NCBI GenBank assembly: GCA_031364845.1
Contig: JANLWX010000192.1
Location: 1 to 23,170 of the forward strand
Direction of reading: 5' to 3'
Length of the DNA: 23,170 nucleotides
DNA from: Candidatus Eiseniibacteriota bacterium
GTDB taxonomy: Bacteria; Eisenbacteria; RBG-16-71-46
How positions within the stretch are numbered: position 1 is the first letter of the stretch; every line of letters starts with the position of its first letter. Shown piece by piece: positions 9,924-17,328 of this stretch. The notes beneath the pieces were generated by a model. The model ran no database searches and was not told where the DNA came from. It saw only the letters and a list, made by a program, of their open reading frames with translations. The translations under genes were made by a program, and so were the position numbers.

Positions 9924-10892
9924 ATGGCTTCTTCGCTCCAGCGCTTCGGGCTCACACTCGCCTTGCTCTGCTTCGCACCGATCCTGCCTGCGACCGTCGG
10001 AGCAGAATGTCCCACCTACCTGACCCAGTGGGGCTCGCACGGCAGCGGTAACGGGCAGTTCAACTATCCCACGGGAGTGGCGACCGACGCCGCCGGTGAC
10101 GTCTACGTCGCGGATCAGCAGGGCCACCGCATCCAGAAGTTCACCGGCACCGGCATCTACCTAACTCAGTGGGGCTCGCTCGGCAGCGGCGACGGGCAGT
10201 TCAACGGTCCTACGGCAGTGGCGACCGACGCCGCCGGCAAAGTCTACATCGCGGATGTCGGCAACCACCGCATCCAAAAGTTTACCGATACCGGCATCTA
10301 CCTGACCCAGTGGGGCGCGTTCGGCATCGGCGACGGGCAGTTCTACAGTCCCACGGGAGTGGCGACCGACGCCGCCGGTGACGTCTATGTCGCGGATTAC
10401 CAAAACCACCGCATCCAGAAGTTCTCCAGCACGGGCACCTACCTTACCCAGTGGGGCTCGCAGGGCAGCGATAACGCGGGAGTGGCGACCGACGCCGCCG
10501 GTGACGTCTACGTCGCGGATTACCTTAACCCCCGCATTCAGAAGTTTACGGGCACCGGCATCTACCTGACTCAGTGGGGCGCGTTCGGCAGCGGAGACGG
10601 CCAGTTCAACCGTCCCTTCGCAGTGGCGACCGACGTCGCCGGCGATGTTTACGTCGCGGACGGCAACAACAACCGCATCCAGAAGTTCACCGGCACCGGC
10701 ACCTACTTGTGCCAGTGGGGCTCGCTCGGCAGTGGCGGCGGGCAGTTCTACTTTCCCACGGGAGTGGCGACCGACGCCGCCGGCGACGTGTACGTCGTGG
10801 ACCGCGACTACCACCGCATTCAGAAGTTCGGCCAAGGGCCGACTCCCACGAACCCATCCACCTGGGGACGCCTGAAGATCCTCTATCGCTGA
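9924..10892 (+). CDS. Secreted NHL-repeat six-bladed beta-propeller protein with C-terminal TWGxLKxxYR tail
   Basis: RBS AAAGGGGAG and a signal peptide, then six repeats of YLTQWGxxGSGxGQFxxPxxVATDAAGDVYVADxxNHRIQKF. The protein ends GPTPTNPSTWGRLKILYR. Confidence 0.92.
   Translation: MASSLQRFGLTLALLCFAPILPATVGAECPTYLTQWGSHGSGNGQFNYPTGVATDAAGDVYVADQQGHRIQKFTGTGIYLTQWGSLGSGDGQFNGPTAVATDAAGKVYIADVGNHRIQKFTDTGIYLTQWGAFGIGDGQFYSPTGVATDAAGDVYVADYQNHRIQKFSSTGTYLTQWGSQGSDNAGVATDAAGDVYVADYLNPRIQKFTGTGIYLTQWGAFGSGDGQFNRPFAVATDVAGDVYVADGNNNRIQKFTGTGTYLCQWGSLGSGGGQFYFPTGVATDAAGDVYVVDRDYHRIQKFGQGPTPTNPSTWGRLKILYR
10017..10830 (+). repeat. Six tandem 141-bp coding repeats (the fourth is 123 bp)
   Basis: Units start at 10017, 10158, 10299, 10440, 10563 and 10704. 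The DNA is near-identical between units, e.g. GTGGCGACCGACG(C/T)CGCCGG in all six. Confidence 0.92.
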
Positions 10893-10944
10893 CGTGGAGA
10901 AACTGGCGTCAACCTGTTGTTTGATTCTGCGCGGCAGTCCTCCA

Positions 10945-11793
10945 TCATTCCATCTCGAGATCGACGGTTAGATCACGCTCGCGTGCACCATCGGCCGGAC
11001 TGTCCTCGGGCACATGGAGCCGCACGCGACCGCGCGGGCCGTGTGCGAACCGTATCCGAAATTCCCCCCATGCTTCGATGCCGTCGGCCGCGGTCGTGAA
11101 AGTGTCGGCAACGATGCGGCCTTCCTGCCTGAGCTGGGCCACAACATTCGACTCGAATGTGCGAGCGTACCCAGTGATCTCGAGCGGATAGGATGCACGC
11201 CCATGCTGGGGATCGAGCAGGACCGCGTAACTCGCCATCGGCGTGCCGAATTCGCGGTGCGGGAACACTGTGCCGCCGGGTTTCAACTCCACCACGATCG
11301 CGGCGGGCGACGAGCGCAGAATGACTCGCGCGACGGCCTCCCGGTTCAAGTGGATATCAACGAACAGCGTCGTGTGATCCTTCAAGGACCGCACGACGTA
11401 CGCACGAGAAGCATGGAACCCGGGGAACGAGTTGTCCTTGATCGCGGCACTGCGGATTGCCGGAGGCAGCCACACCCGAAGCACGCGTAAGGGGCGCAGG
11501 AATTCCGCGCTCACCTGGCCGGCTCGTTCCGCCGAGAATCCGTCGTCCCGCGCAAGTCCGATCACCACTCTTTCTCCACCCTCGAACGGCGCCATGATCA
11601 GCGAGGCGACTTGCGTCGCGTCGGTGCTGTCCGATGTCGAGCCAATGGCCAGCGGGCCATGCTCGACGTACACGGCCTGCTCCTCTCCCTTGTGCCCCGG
11701 AGCGCCACCCTCCGCCCGACAGCCACCGAGCGCCAGCATGGCGACGCTGCAGCTGATCATTCCCCATCGCATCGAGTTCGTCTTTCTCTTCAT
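10945..11793 (-). CDS. Putative lipoprotein with C-terminal Gmad2 immunoglobulin-like domain
   Basis: ATG at 11793 after AGGAG, with a lipobox-like LALGGC. The C-terminal PLEITGYARTFESNVVAQLRQEGRIVADTFTTAADGIEAWGEF resembles the Gmad2 pattern. Confidence 0.72.
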   Translation of the reverse strand: MKRKTNSMRWGMISCSVAMLALGGCRAEGGAPGHKGEEQAVYVEHGPLAIGSTSDSTDATQVASLIMAPFEGGERVVIGLARDDGFSAERAGQVSAEFLRPLRVLRVWLPPAIRSAAIKDNSFPGFHASRAYVVRSLKDHTTLFVDIHLNREAVARVILRSSPAAIVVELKPGGTVFPHREFGTPMASYAVLLDPQHGRASYPLEITGYARTFESNVVAQLRQEGRIVADTFTTAADGIEAWGEFRIRFAHGPRGRVRLHVPEDSPADGARERDLTVDLEME

Positions 11794-11953
11794 CTCCGAA
11801 TCTCCTGCCGGGTATTCGCATGAACGGAACTTCACTTCGAACTCGACGCCCAAGTGCCGTAGAACATCGTCGCCTTGACCACCCGATGACCCGCGGAGCA
11901 CGCTGCGGCTCGGCGCATGATGGAATCATAGACCTACACTGCGGGGAGTCTCC

Positions 11954-12796
11954 ATGTTCAAGACGGTGGCCGAGGATGTGTGGGTGTTCGACATCGAGTG
12001 GGTTCCGGATCCGGTGACCGGGCGGCGCGTCCACGATCTGCCGCCCAACATGCCGGATGCCGCGGTCGTCGACCACATGTTCAAGATGGCCGGCGCCACG
12101 GAGGACGATCCGCGCCCGTTCCTGAAGACCGTGCTGTGCCGGATCGTTTCAATCTCGGTGCTCGCGCGCACGGCGACGCGCAGCCACCCCGTGCGGCTCG
12201 AATTGTGGTCCGTTCCCGCTGCCGGTGACGCAGCGCTCGATGAGCGCACCGTCATCTCCCGCTTCCTCGACGCCGCCGGCAAGACCAAGCCGCAACTCGT
12301 CGGCTACAACGTCCGCGGGGCGGATATCCCGATCCTGATGCAGCGCGCGATGGCGCTCGGGATCGCGGCCCCCGGTTTCTGCAAGCGTCCCGATCGCCCG
12401 TGGGAAGGCATGGACTACTTCTCGAACGCGGGTGAAGGCGTGGTCGATCTGATGGAGACCTTCGGCATTCGCGGACGCGGATCCCCGTCGCTGCACGAAC
12501 TCGCGAGCGCCGCCGCGATCCCCGGCAAGATGGGCGTGTCGGGCGAACAGGTGCTCACGCTATGGCAGGCGGGCGACATCCGCGGCATCGTCGAGTACAA
12601 CGAGTTCGACGTGATCTCGACGTATCTCGTGTGGCTGCGGGGCGCGCACCTCGCGGGCTTTCTCACCGCGAGCGCGTTCGCCGCCGAAGAGCGGCTGCTG
12701 GATGCGATGCTGTCGGAACGGATCGCGCGCGGAGATCTTCACCTGCAGCGCTACCTCGATCGCTGGAAGGGTCAGCCGGGAGCGACTCCGGCCTGA
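11954..12796 (+). CDS. Predicted 3'-5' exonuclease related to the PolB exonuclease domain (DNA_pol_B_exo2-like)
   Basis: DEDDy motifs: VFDIEWVPD (ExoI), VGYNVRGADIP (ExoII) and EYNEFDV (ExoIII). RBS GGGGAG. Confidence 0.85.
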   Translation: MFKTVAEDVWVFDIEWVPDPVTGRRVHDLPPNMPDAAVVDHMFKMAGATEDDPRPFLKTVLCRIVSISVLARTATRSHPVRLELWSVPAAGDAALDERTVISRFLDAAGKTKPQLVGYNVRGADIPILMQRAMALGIAAPGFCKRPDRPWEGMDYFSNAGEGVVDLMETFGIRGRGSPSLHELASAAAIPGKMGVSGEQVLTLWQAGDIRGIVEYNEFDVISTYLVWLRGAHLAGFLTASAFAAEERLLDAMLSERIARGDLHLQRYLDRWKGQPGATPA

Positions 12797-12910
12797 TGCT
12801 GCAGGTGGATCTTGCCCGGCCTGGCACACGCTCAGGTCTCCGATCGCGTTTGCAAAACTTCATGCTCGTGGCGGGCCTCGGTTGGCCAGCGTGGCGACGG
12901 CGGCAGCGCG

Positions 12911-12919
12911 TGCTACGAT
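12911..12919 (+). promoter_or_regulatory. Candidate extended -10 promoter element for mntA-hepT
   Basis: TG-c-TACGAT ends 9 nt before the mntA ATG, and there is no Shine-Dalgarno sequence in between. Confidence 0.45.
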
Positions 12920-12928
12920 CCAACCGCG

Positions 12929-13327
12929 ATGGATGATCGACAACTCTCCCAGCTTCTCCTCGAGGAGATCCCCGACCTGTTGGTGGCATACTGCTTTGGG
13001 TCGACGGTGACCGGTGCGACTCACGCCGGCAGCGACGTGGACCTGGCGGTGTTGACCCCTCGTCCACTCGAGGGTGAGCGCCGATTCGAGATCGCCGGGA
13101 GGCTGGAGGCTGAGCTACGCCGAGGCGTGGACCTGGTGGATCTCCGCGCCGCACCTACGGTGCTGCGCATGCAGGTGATATCGACCGGCACGGTGATCGT
13201 GGTCCAGGACGAGAAGGCCCGAGTTGAGTTCGAGGATCTGACCTATTCCCAGTACGCGCGCTTCAACGAGGAGCGGCGCGCGATCGTGGAACAGGTACTT
13301 CGGGAGAGAAGCGTTCATGGCGGATGA
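12929..13327 (+). CDS. mntA: Minimal nucleotidyltransferase, MntA-family antitoxin (type VII TA)
   Basis: GS-x10-DxD motif (FGSTVTGATHAGSDVDLAV) and VDLVDL. It overlaps the downstream HEPN gene. The start was trimmed to ATG 12929. Confidence 0.88.
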   Translation: MDDRQLSQLLLEEIPDLLVAYCFGSTVTGATHAGSDVDLAVLTPRPLEGERRFEIAGRLEAELRRGVDLVDLRAAPTVLRMQVISTGTVIVVQDEKARVEFEDLTYSQYARFNEERRAIVEQVLRERSVHGG

Positions 13328-13727
13328 CGTCATCCTGGCGAAAGCGGCGATCATCGAGCGCTGCGTCGTGCGAGTCCGCGAGGTTCACGGCGGCGACGAC
13401 GGCGTACTCACCCGGGACATCACCAGGCAGGATTCGATCGTGCTCAACCTGCAACGCGCCTGCGAGGCTTCCATCGACCTGGCCATGCACATCGTCCGGA
13501 CGCGGCGGCTCGGGGTCCCGCAGGAGAGTCGCGAGGCAATTGGCCTGCTCGAGCGAGCGGGCCTCATGGATTCAGATCTCGCGGGTCGCATGAGCCGAAT
13601 GGTCGGCTTTCGCAATATCGCCGTCCACGGCTACCGGAAGCTGAGCATGGAGATCGTCGCATCGCTTGTTCGCGAGCGACTCGACGACTTCCTGGACTTC
13701 ACACGGGCAGCCCTGGCGCTCGCTTGA
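13317..13727 (+). CDS. hepT: HEPN / DUF86 ribonuclease toxin, HepT family
   Basis: R-x4-H-x-Y motif (GFRNIAVHGY) and LNLQRACEASIDLAMH. It is paired with the upstream MNT gene. Confidence 0.9.
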   Translation: MADDVILAKAAIIERCVVRVREVHGGDDGVLTRDITRQDSIVLNLQRACEASIDLAMHIVRTRRLGVPQESREAIGLLERAGLMDSDLAGRMSRMVGFRNIAVHGYRKLSMEIVASLVRERLDDFLDFTRAALALA

Positions 13728-13766
13728 GGCGGTTCTAGAGCGCCAGGATCAGACCGTCTCGGCGCC

Positions 13767-16265
13767 CTACGGAACCAGCGCCAGCTTCCGCGTGTCGTTC
13801 CCGTCGGCGGTGCTCACGCGCACGAAGTACACCCCCGCCCGCGCGCGTGCTCCGCTCCCATCGCGGCCGTCCCAACGCGCCGTGTGCGTTCCCGCAGCGA
13901 ATGCGCCGTCGGCGAGCACGGCGACTTCGCGTCCGCTCACATCGAGCACCGCGAGCCGCGCGTGCAGCGCTCGCGGCAGCACGAACTCGACCGTCGTGCG
14001 CTCGCGCGCGGGCGAAGGACTGATGCGCGCAAGCTGAACGCGCGGCGCGGTGGCGGCGACATCGTCGGCGCTCAGCGGAACCCCGGCGGGTGCGACGATC
14101 ACGAGACCCATCCGCGGAATGTTGAGCACCGCCGACTGCGCGTAGCCGTTGCTTGCGATCGGATCTGACGCGAACACGCCGGGCGTGCCGACGCCGTTGC
14201 CGTCGTACTCCAGGGCCTGGCTGTTGAGCACTTCGTTCCAGTTGCCGCTCTGCGGCAGGCCGACGCGATAGCCGTTGCGGTCGCTGTTCGAGAAGTTCGC
14301 GATCACGACCACCTGCTTGAGCCCGTTCCAGCGGCGGAACGCGATCAGATTCTGTCCCTCGTCGGTGAGGAACACGTGGTGCGGCGAGTTCGCCCACAAG
14401 GCGGGGCTCGCGCGCCGCAGGCCGATCAGCTTCTTGTAGTACGCGTGGATCGCGGCGTAGGTCGTCTTCTTGCTCCAGTCGATGCGGCTCGCCGCATTGG
14501 TTCCGAAGTCGATGCTCTCGAGCCACTCGGTGCCCATCAGGATCTCGGGCACGCCCGGGGCGGTCAGCACGATGCCCTGAGCGAGCTTCGACCGGCCCTT
14601 CGCGAACACGTCATCGTAGGGTGCGGTCGTGTCGATCCACTTCACCTGGCGCTTGCCGCCGTTCGAGGGCCACGCCTCGTCGTGGAGTTCGTAATAGTTG
14701 AGCACCGACTTGTTGCTCAGGTAGAGCCCGCTGCCGTTCACGATGTTCGTAATGCGGAACATTTCGGGATCACCGGTCCCGGCATCGAGGATTTCCTGGC
14801 GCAGGTTGTCGGTGAACGCGTCGTGGTATTGCGAATCGAACCCGGCCCCGCCCGAGGCGGTCGGCCGCGTGATAAACGGATCATTCGGCAACTCTTCGGC
14901 GATCGCGACCTTGTCGGCCCACCGGTTGTCGATCTCGGTGTTGAAGCGCTGCATCAGCCCGTAGCCGGCCGCCGCCTGCGGGGCGATGTCCATGTACGAC
15001 GTCGCATCCATGCGGAATCCGTCGACGTGATACTCCTCGAGCCACTGGAGCGCCGAGTTCGCGTAGTAGTCGCGCACCGACAGCTTGTCGAAGTCCGCCT
15101 GCGATCCCCACGGCGTCTGGACGTCGGGGTTGTCGAAGTACATTTGTGAGCCGTCGTACTGCCATAGAAGGTTGTCGGTCGCATCGACGTGGTTCCACAC
15201 GATGTCGAGCAGTACCGCGATGCCGTTGCGATGCAGCATGTCGATCATGTAGCGCAGGTCGTCGGGCGTGCCGTACTTGGATTCGGGGGACCACTGCGTG
15301 ATCGGGTTGTAGCCGGCGGACTGGTCACCCGGGAACTCGGTGACCGGATTGAGCTGCACGGCGTTGATACCGAGGTTCTTCAAATGACCGACGCGATTCG
15401 CGACGTCGATGTAGCGCGAGGGGAACGGCGGCGTGCCGAGCGGATCGCCGGGACCGCCCGAGAACGTGCCGACGTGGAGCTGGTAGATGACCATCTGATC
15501 GAGCGGCGGCGTCACGAAGTCGCTGTCGCCCCACGTGTAGCGGAATGGATTCTCGATGTAGCTGTTGTAGGAGCTGGACGGGTTCAATTGCCGCGCGCGC
15601 GCGTCGGGCTTCCACAGCGATCCGCCGTTGAAGCGGAATTTGTACTCCTGGCGGTCCACCGCGCCCGCGACGAACACGGCGAAGTGCTCGCCGGCCTTCA
15701 CCATCGGCGCACCCGCGCCCCAGCCATTGAATGCGCCGGACACCGTCGCGGTCGCGGTGCTCGGCGCCCACACGCGGAACACCGTGCCTCCGGTCGAAAG
15801 CGTCGCACCGAGCGGCGCGTGCTCGAGCGTGGTGAAGTTGAGCGCGAACTCGAGACCCGCCGCGGGCGCGTTGTCCGTCATTCCGGAGGTGCTGTAGTAG
15901 TCGGTGTCGGTGCCGTCGACCATCTCGATGTAGTAACTCTCGAGGTTCGACGCGGTGGCCGGGACCTGTGCTGCCCAGATGTCATAGGGGCCGCGCTGGC
16001 CGACCACCTGGGCATCGATCGTCGCGGGCGCGGGCGCGACGATCCGGATCCGCAGCGCGGTGAGATCGTTGTGGAAGGACTGGACTCGCACCTGGAAGCT
16101 CTCACCGCCGACCGGGCACAAAGGCCGGCGATCCTGCCATGCGACGTGCGAGACGCCGAACCACTCGATGTCGTTGTTCGGGCTCGCGGCGTGCGCGTTT
16201 CCGGCGACGCATGCGACCGCGACGAGGAGCAGAGCGAGGAGATGCGGCGCGCGCGGCGGGTTCAT
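13767..16265 (-). CDS. Secreted GH13 alpha-glucan enzyme (GlgB/TreZ-like catalytic core) with CBM34-like and CBM48 modules and a C-terminal FlgD-Ig/T9SS-like domain
   Basis: Signal peptide ending AHA. CBM48-like GTVFRVWAP. GH13 regions LDIVWNH, DGFRMDA, IAEELP and YELHDE. GlgB-like C-domain YRVGLPQSGNWNEVLNS. Tail SPSPARERTTVEF...WDGRDGSG...AGVYFVRV...TRKLALVP. Confidence 0.88.
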   Translation of the reverse strand: MNPPRAPHLLALLLVAVACVAGNAHAASPNNDIEWFGVSHVAWQDRRPLCPVGGESFQVRVQSFHNDLTALRIRIVAPAPATIDAQVVGQRGPYDIWAAQVPATASNLESYYIEMVDGTDTDYYSTSGMTDNAPAAGLEFALNFTTLEHAPLGATLSTGGTVFRVWAPSTATATVSGAFNGWGAGAPMVKAGEHFAVFVAGAVDRQEYKFRFNGGSLWKPDARARQLNPSSSYNSYIENPFRYTWGDSDFVTPPLDQMVIYQLHVGTFSGGPGDPLGTPPFPSRYIDVANRVGHLKNLGINAVQLNPVTEFPGDQSAGYNPITQWSPESKYGTPDDLRYMIDMLHRNGIAVLLDIVWNHVDATDNLLWQYDGSQMYFDNPDVQTPWGSQADFDKLSVRDYYANSALQWLEEYHVDGFRMDATSYMDIAPQAAAGYGLMQRFNTEIDNRWADKVAIAEELPNDPFITRPTASGGAGFDSQYHDAFTDNLRQEILDAGTGDPEMFRITNIVNGSGLYLSNKSVLNYYELHDEAWPSNGGKRQVKWIDTTAPYDDVFAKGRSKLAQGIVLTAPGVPEILMGTEWLESIDFGTNAASRIDWSKKTTYAAIHAYYKKLIGLRRASPALWANSPHHVFLTDEGQNLIAFRRWNGLKQVVVIANFSNSDRNGYRVGLPQSGNWNEVLNSQALEYDGNGVGTPGVFASDPIASNGYAQSAVLNIPRMGLVIVAPAGVPLSADDVAATAPRVQLARISPSPARERTTVEFVLPRALHARLAVLDVSGREVAVLADGAFAAGTHTARWDGRDGSGARARAGVYFVRVSTADGNDTRKLALVP

Positions 16266-17326
16266 GCGGTTCTGGCCTTGCTGCTCTCACCCGGGCGCAC
16301 GGTGCCCGCGAGCTCGTCGGCGTGGAACGACGACCGCACCAGCGGTCCCGATGCCACGCTTTCGAACCCGAGGGCCTCGGCGGTGTCGCGCCAGTAAGCG
16401 AAGCGGTCGGGGTGGACGTATTCGGCGACCGGCAGATGCTGCGGCGAGGGCCGCAGATACTGGCCGATCGTCAGCAGATCGCAGCCATGAGCGACGAGGT
16501 CCTCGAGTGTGCGCTGGACTTCTGCTTCGGTTTCACCGAGGCCCAGCATGATGCCCGACTTGGTCTTGATGCCGACACCGCTGTCCTTCACGTGGCGCAG
16601 CAGTTCGAGCGTGCGATCGTAGCGCGCGCTCGGGCGCACGATCGGATGCAGGCGCGCGACGGTCTCGATGTTGTGGTTGATCACTTCGGGACGCGTGGCG
16701 ATCACCCGGTCGAGATCGTCGCGGTGGCCGCGGAAGTCGGGAATCAGCACCTCGATCACGGTGTCGGAGCGCTTGCGGATCTCCTGGATCACCATCGCGA
16801 AGATCGTGCTGCCGCCATCGGCGAGGTCGTCGCGCGCGACCGACGTGATCACGGTGTGGCGCAGGCCCATCGATGCGACCGCTTCGCCGACCCGGCGCGG
16901 TTCGTCCCAGTCCACGAAGCCGTTCGGCTTGCCCGGCGCCACGGCGCAGAAGCCGCAGCGGCGCGTGCACAGATCGCCGAGGATCATGATGGTCGCCGTG
17001 CCCCGCGACCAGCAGTGGCCGAGATTGGGGCATCGCGCTTCCTCGCACACCGTGACCAGCTTCTGCTGGCGCAACAGCGCCTTGGTCTCGGCGTACTCGC
17101 CGGCTCCGGGTAGCTTCACCTTGAGCCATTCGGGCAGCCGGCGGAATCCTCCGGGCGAACCCGCCGCCGCATCGGCGCCGACACCGGACCCGGCGCCCGA
17201 GGCGCATCCGCGCGTGCGCGGGGCGACCGGAAGCCGCTGGGGCACCGCGGGGCGCGGCGCGCCGTACACGCGGATGTCGGGGTGAGGTGCTTCGTTCGCG
17301 TTCACGATCGGCAGCTCATCGCTCAT
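16262..17326 (-). CDS. lipA: Lipoyl synthase
   Basis: CEEARCPNLGHC (Cx4Cx5C), CTRRCGFC (radical SAM), NHNIETV, GQYLRPS and PLVRSSF. The true start is ATG 17326 (MSDELPIV), 2 nt after the nadA stop. Confidence 0.95.
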   Translation of the reverse strand: MSDELPIVNANEAPHPDIRVYGAPRPAVPQRLPVAPRTRGCASGAGSGVGADAAAGSPGGFRRLPEWLKVKLPGAGEYAETKALLRQQKLVTVCEEARCPNLGHCWSRGTATIMILGDLCTRRCGFCAVAPGKPNGFVDWDEPRRVGEAVASMGLRHTVITSVARDDLADGGSTIFAMVIQEIRKRSDTVIEVLIPDFRGHRDDLDRVIATRPEVINHNIETVARLHPIVRPSARYDRTLELLRHVKDSGVGIKTKSGIMLGLGETEAEVQRTLEDLVAHGCDLLTIGQYLRPSPQHLPVAEYVHPDRFAYWRDTAEALGFESVASGPLVRSSFHADELAGTVRPGESSKARTA

Positions 17327-17328
17327 CG

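Noticed and set aside
10017..10830. Regularly spaced DNA repeats as a possible CRISPR array
   Set aside because: The units are 141-bp in-frame coding repeats with similarity along their whole length. There are no unique spacers and no cas genes.
12821..12836. CTGGCAC as a sigma54 -24 element upstream of mntA
   Set aside because: There is no TTGC/-12 element at the required spacing.
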